A stretch of DNA of 64,000 bases from Candidatus Latescibacterota bacterium (lineage in GTDB: Bacteria; Latescibacterota; UBA2968; UBA8231). A model generated the notes under the pieces. It was not told where the DNA came from, searched no databases, and saw only the letters and a list, made by a program, of their open reading frames with translations. The stretch lies in NCBI GenBank assembly GCA_965223905.1, contig CBDCXV010000001.1:384001-448000 (forward strand). The letters are read 5' to 3'. Made by a program: the position numbers and the translations under genes. Shown here in pieces: positions 31,855 to 42,109 of this stretch (position 1 is its first letter; every line of letters starts with the position of its first letter).

Positions 31855-31916
31855 GCTGCTGGAGCTGAAGGTGGCCGAAGAGGGCCGTGTCGCGCACGTG
31901 CGGCCCGGGCTTGTGG
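31855..31916 (+). repeat. Diverged copy of ligase gene segment 28941-29002
   Basis: 54 of 62 positions identical by manual ungapped alignment. Confidence 0.85.
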
Positions 31917-31963
31917 AGAAGCGGGCCCTCCCCTCGGGGGCGGCGGGCAGTCGCCGGCGCCGC

Positions 31964-32848
31964 TCAACCGGCGTAGAAGTAGGAGGGGACCCCCTCTACG
32001 CCGGGCTTCAGCCGGAACAGCGAGCCGGCCAGCGGTTGCCCGGCCAGGGCTTCCTCGTCCAGGCCCTCGCGCGCGCAGGTGACGTAGAGGTCTTCGAGGT
32101 TGTCGCCGCCGAAGGCGCAGAAAGTCACGTTGCTGACCGGCAGCCTCAGCTCGCGAATCAGGGTGCCGGAAGCAGAATCGTAACAGCGCACCCCCGACCC
32201 CTGGTACACGGCGATCCAGAGGTTGTCCTCGGCATCGATCGCCATGCCGTCGAAGCCGCCTGCGCGCTCGTTGACGACCACGACGCGCTCGTTGCCGATC
32301 TCCCCGCTGTCGATGTCGTAGTCGTAGGCGCGCACGTTGTTGGCCGCGGTGTCGATGTAGAACATGGTGTCGCAAGCGCCGTTCCAGACGATGCCGTTCG
32401 AAATCGTCACCGGCGAAATCTTTTTGGTGAGGGTGCGGTCCGTATCCAGGCAGTACAGGGCTCCGGCGTCGGGTGTGGCGTCGAAGGCCATGGTGCCTGC
32501 CCACAGGCGTCCGGCCGGATCGCACTTGCCGTCGTTGAAGCGGTTGCCCGGGATATCCCGTTCCGGATCGACGATCGGCGCGATCTTCCCGGACTCGAGG
32601 TCGAGGGTGGCGATACCGTTGTGGAGGGCGACCACGACGCCGGCGCCGGCATGGGGGACAACGGTCCCGACCGCCTGACAGGTCGGGATGGCGCGATTGG
32701 AGCCGGTTTCGGGGTCGTAGAGATAGAGCTCGTGGTCGAGGATGCTCACCCACAGGAGCAGCTTGCGCTGCGGGTCCCAGAGAGCCCCCTCTCCGAGGCG
32801 GGCGGGCTTCTCGACGACGGCTTCGAATTCAGCGTATTCGTTGGCCAT
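31964..32848 (-). CDS. SMP-30/gluconolactonase/LRE family protein
   Basis: LGEGALWD, RFNDGKCDPAGRLWAGTM, ISNG, DGMAID. Confidence 0.92.
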   Translation of the reverse strand: MANEYAEFEAVVEKPARLGEGALWDPQRKLLLWVSILDHELYLYDPETGSNRAIPTCQAVGTVVPHAGAGVVVALHNGIATLDLESGKIAPIVDPERDIPGNRFNDGKCDPAGRLWAGTMAFDATPDAGALYCLDTDRTLTKKISPVTISNGIVWNGACDTMFYIDTAANNVRAYDYDIDSGEIGNERVVVVNERAGGFDGMAIDAEDNLWIAVYQGSGVRCYDSASGTLIRELRLPVSNVTFCAFGGDNLEDLYVTCAREGLDEEALAGQPLAGSLFRLKPGVEGVPSYFYAG

Positions 32849-33060
32849 GAACAGTTTCCTTATTGGATGGGCGAAAGCAAAGAATACGGGGCGGCGGCCT
32901 GGTTTGCCATCCTCTCGGAGGGGGACATACACTTCTGCGCGCGTTCGGAAACCGCGCCGGCCGCAAGGACCCGTGCACTTTCCGGGCAGAGCGCACTGCG
33001 CGTTGCTGGACGATCTGCACGCCGTTGGCCGGCGCCCCCTGGCCGGCGCCCCCGCATCTC

Positions 33061-33678
33061 ATGAAAACCGATCTGCCACAGGCACCCCTGGCCGGCCGCA
33101 GCCACTGGGTGTTCGACATGGACGGCACCCTGACAGTGGCGGCCCACGACTTCGACGCCATCCGCAGCGAGCTCGGAGTGCAGCCGGGGAAGCCCCTCCT
33201 GGAGACGCTGGCAACCCTGCCGGCCGATGAAGCCGAAAGGGCCAACCGCCGGCTCGCCGAAATCGAGCTCGAAATCGCGGCGGACGCAGTCGCCCAGGAA
33301 GGGGTGGGCGAGCTTCTCGCCCACCTGCGCGATGGCGGGCGAAACATCGGCATCCTGACGCGAAATACCGCCCCGGCCGCCAGGGAGACGCTCGCCGCGG
33401 CCGGCCTGATGCGGTATTTCGACGACGGCGCCATCGTCGCGCGCGAAACCTGCGCACCGAAACCGAGCCCCGCCGGGGTGCACCACCTGCTGGGGCACTG
33501 GCGGGCCCCGGCCGCTGCCGCCGTCGTCGTCGGGGATTACCTGTACGATCTGCAGGCGGGACGGGCAGCGGAGGCAACGACCGTCCACCTCGACGTCACC
33601 GGACTGTTTCCCTGGCCGCAGTTCGCCGACTACGCCGTCAACCACCTCCGGCAGCTGCTCGTCTTGGCGGGCGGGTAA
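33061..33678 (+). CDS. HAD-family hydrolase
   Basis: FDMDGTL, LTRN, KPSP, GDYLYD. Confidence 0.9.
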   Translation: MKTDLPQAPLAGRSHWVFDMDGTLTVAAHDFDAIRSELGVQPGKPLLETLATLPADEAERANRRLAEIELEIAADAVAQEGVGELLAHLRDGGRNIGILTRNTAPAARETLAAAGLMRYFDDGAIVARETCAPKPSPAGVHHLLGHWRAPAAAAVVVGDYLYDLQAGRAAEATTVHLDVTGLFPWPQFADYAVNHLRQLLVLAGG

Positions 33679-33701
33679 GTCGGGCAGCATACCGAGTTTC
33701 C

Positions 33702-34031
33702 GTGCCGTACGACGAATCCCTGGGACAACGAGTACGCGACCTGCTGGCAGCCCAAAAGGGATTGTCGGAGCGCAAGATGTTCGGCGGGCTCTGCTTCATG
33801 CTGAACGGCAACATGTGCTGCGGAGTGATTGCCGGCGACCTGATGTTGCGCGTCGGGCCGGACCGGTACGCCGAGTGTATCGAGCACCCGCACGCGCGGG
33901 AGATGGATTTCACCGGCAAAGCACTGAAGGGGTTCGTTTATGTCGGGCCCCAAGGCCAGGAATCGGACGCGGAGTTGGCCGGATGGGTGCAGTTGGCGGC
34001 CGATTTCGCGCTTGGTTTGCCGCCCAAGTAG
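33702..34031 (+). CDS. TfoX/Sxy N-terminal domain protein
   Basis: ERKMFGGLCFMLNGNMCCGV...LPPK. Confidence 0.88.
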   Translation: MPYDESLGQRVRDLLAAQKGLSERKMFGGLCFMLNGNMCCGVIAGDLMLRVGPDRYAECIEHPHAREMDFTGKALKGFVYVGPQGQESDAELAGWVQLAADFALGLPPK

Positions 34032-34037
34032 GCGGGA

Positions 34038-35027
34038 TCAGCCCCAAAGCTCCGGGGCGGGCGGGTACAGCAGAGAGCCCTCGTAACGCAGCCCCGGGTT
34101 GCGGTCTCCTTGCAGCAGCAGCGGACCGTCGAGGTCTACGAAGTCGGCTTCCCGGGCGAGCAGGGCGGCCGGGGCCATCGCCAGGGAAGTCCCCACCATG
34201 CATCCGACCATCACCCCGAGGGAGGCCGCGCGGGCGGCGGCCACGACGGCCAGGGCTTCGGTCAGGCCGCCGGTCTTGTCGAGCTTGACGTTGACGAACT
34301 CGTAGCGGCCGGCGAGGCGCTCGAGGTCGGCGCTGGTGTGGCAGGACTCGTCGGCACACAACGGCACCGGGTGCACGAGCCGCTCCAGGACGGCGTCTCC
34401 GGCGGCCGGCAACGGCTGCTCGATGAGGGCGACATCGAGATCGGCCAGCCGACTGCCGCAGCCTTCCAGTTCCGCAGCGGACCACCCTTCGTTGGCGTCG
34501 ACGATGAGCTGCGATTGCGGGGCGTTCTCGCGGATGGCCGCGATGCGCTCCATATCGCCTTCTCCTCCGAGCTTGATTTTGAGCAGGGGGCGCTCCTTCT
34601 GGGCCGCCGCCGCCCGTCCCATCGCCTCGGGGGTGTCGAGGCTCAGGGTGTAGGCGGTGGCCACCGGGACCGGCGGCGGCAGACCGGCGAGCTCGTACAC
34701 GCGCCGGCCTGCCCGGCGGGCCTCAAGGTCCCAGAAGGCGCAGTCAAGGGCATTGCGCGCCGCCCCTGCGGGCAGGGCGCGCTGCAGTTCGGCGCGGCCC
34801 ACGCCGCCGGAGGTCAGCTCGCCGCGAAGCGCCTCGACCGCGGCGGCCACCCCCTCGAGCGACTCGCCGTAGCGGGCGTAAGGGACGCATTCCCCGCGGC
34901 CTGTGGCGGCTCCATCGGCCAGCTCGACAACCACGACATCGGCAGAGGTCTTGGCCCCCCGGGAGATCTCGAAGCTGCCGGTGATCGGCCAGCTCTCGGT
35001 GCGGACGCGCAGTTCGAGGGATGCCAC
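34038..35027 (-). CDS. dgcA: Enolase-superfamily epimerase, N-acetyl-D-Glu racemase/L-Ala-D/L-Glu epimerase
   Basis: FEISRG, KIK, DANE, EQP, ADES, KLDKTGG, DLDG; adjacent to a DUF1611 gene. Confidence 0.8.
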   Translation of the reverse strand: MASLELRVRTESWPITGSFEISRGAKTSADVVVVELADGAATGRGECVPYARYGESLEGVAAAVEALRGELTSGGVGRAELQRALPAGAARNALDCAFWDLEARRAGRRVYELAGLPPPVPVATAYTLSLDTPEAMGRAAAAQKERPLLKIKLGGEGDMERIAAIRENAPQSQLIVDANEGWSAAELEGCGSRLADLDVALIEQPLPAAGDAVLERLVHPVPLCADESCHTSADLERLAGRYEFVNVKLDKTGGLTEALAVVAAARAASLGVMVGCMVGTSLAMAPAALLAREADFVDLDGPLLLQGDRNPGLRYEGSLLYPPAPELWG

Positions 35028-35036
35028 GCGGGGCAG

Positions 35037-36038
35037 CTATTGAAGGGCGTCGACCAGCCGGCCCGCGCCGTGGCGGCAGGCGTCGACGGCCGGCAGTCCG
35101 GTTTCCTCTTCGAGAGCTGCCAACAGCGACTCGGCCTCGCCGTCCTCCAGCTTCGACGTGTTGATGGAAATGCCGGCTACGCGGCAGTCCGGGTTGGTGA
35201 GGCGGGCGGTGCGTTCGTTGAGGTCGATGCAGGCCGCCAGGGAGGGGAGGGGGTAGCCGGGCAGGCCGCGCATGTGCTCGCGGCCCGGGTCGTGGCAGAG
35301 CACCAGCCGGTCCGGCTGCGAGCCGTGGATGAGCCCGAGGGTGACGCCGGCGTACGAAGCGTGAAACAGCGACCCCTGCCCTTCGACGAGGTCCCAGTGG
35401 TCCGGGTCGGCGTCGGGGCTCAGCTGTTCCGCGGCCCCGGAGATGAAGTCGGCGATCACCGCGTCCACCGAGATGCCGCTGCCGGCGATGAAGATCCCCG
35501 TCTGCCCGGTGGCGCGGAAGTCGGCGGAGATGCCGCGCGCCCGCATCTCCTTCTCGATCGCCAAAGCGGTGAACATCTTGCCGCAGGAGACGTCGGTGCC
35601 GACCGTGAGCAGCCGCTTGCCGGTGCGCCGGACGCCGTTGCCTACCGGGGGATCGATCTCGGGATAGCGCACGTCGACGAGGTCGAGGCCCGCGGCTGCG
35701 GCCGTTTCGGCGAGCGCGGGGATTTCCCCGAGCCTGGTGTGGAGACCGCTGGCGATGTCGTATCCCAGGTCGAGGGCCGCGGACAGCGTGGCAATCCACT
35801 CGTCGGAGATGACGCCGCCGCGATTGGCGACTCCGACGATCAGGGTGCGGGCCCCGGCGGCGCGTCCTTCTTCCAGGGTGAGGTCCGGCAGGCCGAGGTC
35901 GGCGCGGCAGCCGTCGAGGCGCAGCTGGCCGACGCACCAGCCGGGCCGCCAGTAGGCTATGCCCCCGGCGGTCTTGGCGGCCAGCTGGTCGGCGGCGTCT
36001 CCGAGAAACAGCAGGTAGGGTTTTTTGAGGGGCTGCAC
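35037..36038 (-). CDS. dgcN: DUF1611 protein, D-glutamate N-acetyltransferase DgcN-like
   Basis: PYLLFLGDA..AAKTA, VGTDVSCGKMFT, ATGQTG, VEGQGSLFH. Confidence 0.82.
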   Translation of the reverse strand: MQPLKKPYLLFLGDAADQLAAKTAGGIAYWRPGWCVGQLRLDGCRADLGLPDLTLEEGRAAGARTLIVGVANRGGVISDEWIATLSAALDLGYDIASGLHTRLGEIPALAETAAAAGLDLVDVRYPEIDPPVGNGVRRTGKRLLTVGTDVSCGKMFTALAIEKEMRARGISADFRATGQTGIFIAGSGISVDAVIADFISGAAEQLSPDADPDHWDLVEGQGSLFHASYAGVTLGLIHGSQPDRLVLCHDPGREHMRGLPGYPLPSLAACIDLNERTARLTNPDCRVAGISINTSKLEDGEAESLLAALEEETGLPAVDACRHGAGRLVDALQ

Positions 36039-36273
36039 CGGTCGGACAGGGGAGTTTGGTGGGGCGGAAATCGAGGCACCAACCTACCAGCGACGCCCCC
36101 CGCGGTCAAGGCGCCGGAGAGCGGAAGCACAAGCGCTGGAAGGGGATGCGTCATCCGCGTGCGGAACCGGCCCGCTGCCGTACTGTATATTCCCCGGCGC
36201 GGAGTCCGGCTCGAGATAGAGCAGACTCCTCGCCGGGGCTCTGGCGGCCAACTGAAGGGAAAGCGGACGACTC

Positions 36274-36693
36274 GTGGAAACCCTGGTCATATGTCCCGAA
36301 TGCGGCAAAAGGGTCTCCCTGCGGGGACTGAACGGGCATCTGCGCTTCGAGCACGACTACGGCCTTCAGAAAGCCAGGAAGATGGCCGCGGCAATCGACG
36401 TCGACGCCACGCTGAATCGCCTCGAGCAGGAGGTGATGCAGCACGTCGCTCTCCTGTACCAGCTAAAAAAGAAGGCAGAGGAGCTGAAGGAGGCGTACCG
36501 GGAAGGGGTCATCGGAGAGGCCCTGTACGAGCGCATGATCACCCAGAAGGGCCAGGAGCTCACCGCCGCGAGCCGGTACCTGCAGCGGCTGGAGAGCAGT
36601 TGGCTGGAGCGCATGGGGGAGCGCACCGGTATTTCCGACCTTGGCGAGAGCATGGGAATCGAGGGTCCGGCCGACGCTTCGGGATCCGGTTGA
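36274..36693 (+). CDS. Hypothetical protein with C2H2-type zinc finger and coiled coil
   Basis: CPEC-x11-H-x4-H followed by heptad-rich helices. Confidence 0.72.
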   Translation: METLVICPECGKRVSLRGLNGHLRFEHDYGLQKARKMAAAIDVDATLNRLEQEVMQHVALLYQLKKKAEELKEAYREGVIGEALYERMITQKGQELTAASRYLQRLESSWLERMGERTGISDLGESMGIEGPADASGSG

Positions 36694-36946
36694 TCGACTG
36701 ATAGTTTTTCTGGATTCGGACGGCACGACCTTGCTTGAACAAGACCAAACCAATGTGACGCAGACCGACCCGGGGAAGACACCTCGGTCGAGTCGGTCAC
36801 CCGGGGCCGAATCAAGCCCTCCCTGGAGATGGAGCAGGCGGCGTACCGGCCACCCCATCGCAGCCTTCGACCCGGCCGATCCCGCCCCTGAAAATCAGCC
36901 CCAGCCTTCCACAGCCTTGCACCTGCCTCTGCTAACCATCTGATCC

Positions 36947-39130
36947 ATGCCTGGATCGCTTTCAAAGCCGATGGTTCTCCTGGTAACCGCCCTGGCCGCG
37001 TGGACATCCGCCTGCAGCCAGGATCTCCCTCCGCAGGAGCCGGCCGGATCGGCAGAGATCCTGTGGGACACCTGGGGTGTGCCGCACATCTTCGCCCCCG
37101 GCGCCGAGCAGCTGTTCCACGCCTTCGGCTGGGCGCAGACGGCCAGCCACGGCGACCTGCTGCTGGAGCTGTACGGCCAGGCCCGGGGCCGGGCCGCCGA
37201 GTACTGGGGAACCGGCTATCTCCGGGGCGACCAGTACGTGCGGACCATGGGGGTCCCGCAGCGCGCCCGCGCCTGGCACCGGGCCCAGACTCCCCTCATG
37301 CGCGCCTGCCTCGAGGCCTTCGCCGCCGGAATCAACGCCTATGCCCGCGCCCACCCGGAGCGGCTGGATCCCGTGCGGCAGGTGGTGCTGCCGGTCGAGC
37401 CTGAGGATGTGCTGGCCCACCTGCAGCGCGTCGTCCACCTCTCCTTTGTCGCCGGCGGTCAGTCCCGGGCGGCTGGTCTCTGGCAGCATGCCGGATCGAA
37501 CGCCTGGGCCGTGGCCCCGTCCCGGTCGGCGAGCGGCAATGCCCTGCTGCTGGCCAACCCCCACCTGCCCTGGGGCGGCATTACGACTTGGTTCGAGGTG
37601 CAGCTGCAGGGGCCGGGCGTGGACGCCTACGGGGCGACGCTGGTCGGCTTCCCCATCCTGGGGATCGCCTTCAACGACCACCTCGGCTGGACCCACACCA
37701 ACAACCCCATGGACGGGGCCGACCTGTACGAGCTGGAGCTGGTGGAGGGCGGTTACCGCTGGGACGGCGGGGTGAGGGCTTTCGAGCAGAGCATCGACAC
37801 CCTGCGTGTGCGGCAGGAGGACGGGACGCTCAGGGCCGAGTCGCTGCCTGTATTGCGGTCGGTTCACGGGCCGGTGCTGGCCCGCAAGCGGGACCGGGCG
37901 GTGGCCCTGTGTCTCGTCGGCCTCGACCTGCCCCATGTCATGGAGCAGTACTGGGACATGATTCGGGCGGCATCGCTGGCGGAGTTCGAGGAGGCGCTCG
38001 CGCGCTTGCAGATGCCCTTCTTCAACGTGATCTACGCCGACCGGGAGGGCCATATCCTCTACCTGTTCGGGGGGCGCACGCCGAAGCGGCCCCAGGGTGA
38101 TCGGGAGTTCTGGCATGGGGTGGTGCCCGGGAACACCTCGGCGACCCTGTGGACCGAATCGCACTCCTACCGGGAGCTGCCGCGGCTGCTCGACCCGCCC
38201 GCCGGCTGGGTGCAGAACTGCAACGACCCGCCTTGGACGGCGACGCTGCCCCTGCTTCTGGATGCGGGGCAATTTCCCTCCTACATGGCGCCGCCCCCGC
38301 ACCTGGATTTCCGCCAGCAGCGCTCGCTGCGCATGCTGAGCGAGGATGCGTCGATCAGCTTCGAGGAGCTGGTCTCGTACAAGCACTCGACCCGACGGGA
38401 AATGGCCGACCATGTGCTCGAAGATCTGCTCGCCGCGGTGGAGGCACACGGCGGCGAGAAGACGCGTGGGGCCGCGGCGGTGCTGGCGGCCTGGGACCGG
38501 AAGGTGGCCGCGGAAAGCCGCGGGGCGGTGCTGTTCGACCAGTGGGTCGCCGAGGCGGGTCCGTCCCTGTTCCTCACGCCCTGGCAGGTCGAGGACCCGC
38601 TGGGCACTCCCTCCGGTCTCGCCGATCCTCCGGGCGCCGTTGCGGCCCTGGAGAGGGCGGCCGGCAAGGTGCTGGAGGCGCACGGTGCGCTCGATATCGC
38701 CTGGGGCGAGGTCCACCGCCTGCGTTCGGCAGGAAGGGACCTGGCGGCCAGCGGCGGGCCTGTTTTCCGCAGGCTGTGGTTCGCTCCGGGCGCCGACGGC
38801 CGCATGGAGGCGCGCGGTGGGGATTCGTACGTCGCAGTCGTGGAATTCGGCGACCCGGTTCGGGCCCGGGCGCTCCTGGGGTACGGCAACGCCAGCCAGC
38901 CTCATTCCCCACACCGGGGCGATCAGTTCGAGCTGATGGCGCGGCAGGAGCTGCGGCCGGTGTGGCGCACCCGGGAGGAAGTGGAGGCGCACCTGTGGAG
39001 CGGCGGGAGATGGTGGAGTGGGATGGGGAAAGTGAACGCGGTGAGAGCTCCCCCGCCGTTGCCCGCGACAGGTAAATTCCGCTTTTTGAAACGGTTCGCG
39101 AGGAACGGAACCGGCCCCCTTCCCCCATGA
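36947..39130 (+). CDS. Penicillin acylase family Ntn-hydrolase; last codons probably frameshifted
   Basis: WDTWGVPHI, GSNAWA (Ser nucleophile), LANPHLPW, QNCN, YGNASQ. Confidence 0.9.
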   Translation: MPGSLSKPMVLLVTALAAWTSACSQDLPPQEPAGSAEILWDTWGVPHIFAPGAEQLFHAFGWAQTASHGDLLLELYGQARGRAAEYWGTGYLRGDQYVRTMGVPQRARAWHRAQTPLMRACLEAFAAGINAYARAHPERLDPVRQVVLPVEPEDVLAHLQRVVHLSFVAGGQSRAAGLWQHAGSNAWAVAPSRSASGNALLLANPHLPWGGITTWFEVQLQGPGVDAYGATLVGFPILGIAFNDHLGWTHTNNPMDGADLYELELVEGGYRWDGGVRAFEQSIDTLRVRQEDGTLRAESLPVLRSVHGPVLARKRDRAVALCLVGLDLPHVMEQYWDMIRAASLAEFEEALARLQMPFFNVIYADREGHILYLFGGRTPKRPQGDREFWHGVVPGNTSATLWTESHSYRELPRLLDPPAGWVQNCNDPPWTATLPLLLDAGQFPSYMAPPPHLDFRQQRSLRMLSEDASISFEELVSYKHSTRREMADHVLEDLLAAVEAHGGEKTRGAAAVLAAWDRKVAAESRGAVLFDQWVAEAGPSLFLTPWQVEDPLGTPSGLADPPGAVAALERAAGKVLEAHGALDIAWGEVHRLRSAGRDLAASGGPVFRRLWFAPGADGRMEARGGDSYVAVVEFGDPVRARALLGYGNASQPHSPHRGDQFELMARQELRPVWRTREEVEAHLWSGGRWWSGMGKVNAVRAPPPLPATGKFRFLKRFARNGTGPLPP

Positions 39131-39690
39131 TCGCCAAGACCCGCAAAGCACCCCGGAAAAAGAACGCCACGCCGATCGAGATCGGCGCCCTGCTGATGGA
39201 GACCGTGTGTGTTTCGGGGGTCTCCGAGCAGCCGGCCCTCGAGGAGCTGGCCGAGTACCTCGGCACGCCGCTGGGGCGGATGCAGTCCGAGTTGCTGTTT
39301 CTGCGCGCCTTTGCCGTCGATTTCGCCCTCAACATGTCGCTTGGTGACGGTCCGGCGCGCTGGGCGATAGCCGAGCAGTACTACCGGCACTGGGAGACCG
39401 TGGCGGAGGGCGCCGGGGAGGATACGATGGACGGCCTGGAAGAGCATCTCAATTTCTACACTGAAGTGATCAACACCTCCCACTTCGGGGCCGCCGGCTT
39501 GACGGAGCAGGTCGGCATGGCCTTCGCCTCGCGCTGCCTGTCCGCCGACGCGGCCGGGGGGGAGGACGGAGACTCCCAATCCGGAAACACCGTCGACCTG
39601 GCGATGCTCGGCGGCTCGATGTTCGTCGCCCTGTTCGACGAGGTCTCCGACATGCTCACCCAGATCGAAATCGTTCTTATCGATCCATGA
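39127..39690 (+). CDS. Hypothetical protein
   Basis: 187-aa acidic helical ORF with host-like codon usage. Confidence 0.7.
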   Translation: MIAKTRKAPRKKNATPIEIGALLMETVCVSGVSEQPALEELAEYLGTPLGRMQSELLFLRAFAVDFALNMSLGDGPARWAIAEQYYRHWETVAEGAGEDTMDGLEEHLNFYTEVINTSHFGAAGLTEQVGMAFASRCLSADAAGGEDGDSQSGNTVDLAMLGGSMFVALFDEVSDMLTQIEIVLIDP

Positions 39691-39709
39691 GAAAGGAGGA
39701 TGGGCAGTC

Positions 39710-41011
39710 ATGACTGTCGCCGCCGCTTGTTCCGCGGTCGAGACAACGCTTGGCCTGGTCGAGCAGGTCTTCGGCGGGCTCGACCAGCGCAGCATCGCCA
39801 TCCGGCTCTGGGACGGCACCACCTGGGATCCGGCCCCGGGCACGGAAGCGAAATGCACCGTCGTGCTGCAGCACCCGGGAGCCCTGCGCCGGATGCTCCT
39901 CACTCTGACCGAGCTCAATCTTGCGGAGTGCTACCTCTACGACGACTACGATATCGAGGGAGACATCGAAGCCCTCATGCCGGTCGGCGAACAGCTGGTC
40001 GCTCAGCCCCGCAGCTTCTGGGACAAGCTTCGAATCGGGCGCCAACTGCTCAGTCTGCCATCCGGCCGCGGGCGCTGGCAGAACGGCTTCGGGAGGGCAC
40101 GGCTGTCCGGCTCGGAGCATTCCGTCGACCGCGACAGCGCCGCGGTCACTCACCACTACAACGTTTCCAACGCCTTCTATTCCCTCTGGCTCGACCGCAA
40201 CATGGTCTACTCCTGTGCCCTGTTCGGCTCAGAGGAGGAGTCGCTGGACGCCGCCCAGGAACGCAAGCTCGACTACATCTGCCGCAAGCTGCGGCTGCGG
40301 CCGGGAGAGCGCTTTCTCGACATCGGCTGCGGCTGGGGGGGCCTGATCATCCACGCCGCACGCGAGTACGGGGTCGAGGCCCTCGGCATCACTCTCAGCC
40401 AGCCGCAGGCCGATGTCGCCAACGAGCGCATCCGCGAGGCGGGACTGCAGGACCGCTGTCGCGCCGAGGTGGTCGATTACCGGCAGTTCGGCGAGTCGGA
40501 GTTCGACAAGCTCGCCAGCATCGGCATGGTCGAGCACGTGGGGGAAGAACGGCTGCACGAGTACTTCGGCGCCGCCTTCGGGCTGCTGAAGCCGGGCGGG
40601 GTGTTCCTCAACCACGGGATCGGCGAGCTGCCGGGCCGCCCGCGCAGCCGCAAGCCCGGGTTCGTGCGAACCTACGTCTTCCCCGACAGCGCCCTGCCCT
40701 CGATCGCGTCGGTCGTCAAAGCCGCGGAGGACAACCGTTTCGAGCCGCGCGACGTCGAGAGCCTGCGCGAGCATTACGCCATGACCCTGAGGCACTGGGT
40801 GCGGCGCCTCGAGGCGCGGCAGGAGGAGGCGAAGAAGGAGGTGGGAGAGACGACCTACCGGGTGTGGCGGCTCTACATGGGGGGCTGTGCCCACTGGTTC
40901 GCCGCCGCCTACGCCGGGGTGTATCAGACCTTGCTGGTCAAGCGCCGCGAGGGCTGCAGCGGCTTTCCCCTGCTGCGCAACGACTGGTACGAACCGAGAT
41001 CCGATTCATAG
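39710..41011 (+). CDS. cfa: Cyclopropane-fatty-acyl-phospholipid synthase family methyltransferase
   Basis: HHYNVSNAFY, YSCA, LDIGCGWGG, SIGMVEHVG, YVFP, HYAMTL. Confidence 0.9.
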   Translation: MTVAAACSAVETTLGLVEQVFGGLDQRSIAIRLWDGTTWDPAPGTEAKCTVVLQHPGALRRMLLTLTELNLAECYLYDDYDIEGDIEALMPVGEQLVAQPRSFWDKLRIGRQLLSLPSGRGRWQNGFGRARLSGSEHSVDRDSAAVTHHYNVSNAFYSLWLDRNMVYSCALFGSEEESLDAAQERKLDYICRKLRLRPGERFLDIGCGWGGLIIHAAREYGVEALGITLSQPQADVANERIREAGLQDRCRAEVVDYRQFGESEFDKLASIGMVEHVGEERLHEYFGAAFGLLKPGGVFLNHGIGELPGRPRSRKPGFVRTYVFPDSALPSIASVVKAAEDNRFEPRDVESLREHYAMTLRHWVRRLEARQEEAKKEVGETTYRVWRLYMGGCAHWFAAAYAGVYQTLLVKRREGCSGFPLLRNDWYEPRSDS

Positions 41012-41093
41012 CGCTCGGGCAACTATTTAGAGGATCTCCGGATGAAGCAAATCCCAAGGCAGCATCCGTTGATCTTCGATTAAAGGAGATACA

Positions 41094-41898
41094 ATGGCAG
41101 AATTCCTCACTACAACAGGCGTCTCGGAGCGGCTTGAGAATATCATTACGGGCGCCACGGAGCAGCTTGTGCTCATCAGCCCGTACCTCAAAATCAATGA
41201 CCGTATCAAAGGTTTCCTTGGGGATAAGGACCGCGAGTTCCTCGAGGATAAGGAGGGCCACATCGATTCGCATAAAAAACTTTATTTTCGACAGCGAAAA
41301 AGACCAGAAAAAAATCTATATGATCTACGGAAAGAAGCTCGATCAGCAGGAAGTAAGCAACTGGCTCACGTCGGCTTCTTCCATAACGATTCGTTTTCGA
41401 AAAAACCTCCACGCCAAATGCTATCTGAACGAAAACGAGGCGCTGTTGACCTCAATGAACCTTCATGAGTTCTCCCAGCAAAATAACGATGAAATGGGGA
41501 TTCTCGTTTCTCGAAAGAGAGACCGGGAACTTTACGACAAAATCCATGAGGATGCGATGCGAATCGTGACAGGGAGCGAAGAGATTGTTCTTGTTACGGG
41601 TGCGGGGGACAAGGATCCCGAAGACGGCAGGGAGCGTTTAGAGAAGAGAGATCAACGAGAGACTCCCGGTACTCCGAGTGAAGGTTTCTGTATCCGGTGC
41701 GGAGGTGGCCTACCCGCCTCGCCATTAAGACCGTACTGTAAGCGCTGCTATACGGATTGGAAGGAGTTTGAAAACTCGGAATATGAGGAAAATTATTGCC
41801 ACACGTGTGGCAATGGGTGCGAGACGACTCTATTGAAGCCCCTTTGTTTCGCCTGCTATAAGAAGTACAAGGACGTCTTTGAATTCGCAGCCGATTAG
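41094..41898 (+). pseudogene. Phospholipase D-like (nuclease-type) protein with C-terminal Cys4 zinc ribbons, +1 frameshift
   Basis: Frame A: MAEFLTT..LISPYLK. Frame B: IYGK..LHAKCYLNE..TSMNL..NNDEMG..CIRC/CKRC/CHTC/CFAC. The shift lies within about 41240-41320. Confidence 0.8.
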
Positions 41899-42109
41899 CA
41901 TACCCGCGGGAGATCGTCAACGTCATTCTACACCGACGGAAGTGGGGTGCGAAGCTCGAATACCCCGCCCGGCTGGTCGAGGCGGGCATGATAGATCACC
42001 CGGACGAAAGCCCGAAATAACAAGGGCGAGGCATTTCCCCGGGTAGTTGGGTCAGGAGCTTGGTGGCGGTTTGGGTACCCCTATCTGAATGGGAAAATGA
42101 AGGGAAGAC

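Noticed and set aside
20914-39151. Numerous long antisense or alternate-frame ORFs (e.g. 20914-23268, 21249-23792, 34110-36701, 36962-39151)
   Set aside because: Expected from stop-codon scarcity at high GC; each overlaps a motif-supported gene.
39700-41898. 732-aa ORF suggesting a large PLD fusion
   Set aside because: Its N-terminal part is an off-frame overlay of cfa; only the part after about 41270 is the frameshifted PLD gene.
41985-42045. GGACGAAA suggesting a hammerhead ribozyme
   Set aside because: The CTGANGA core and the required stems are absent.
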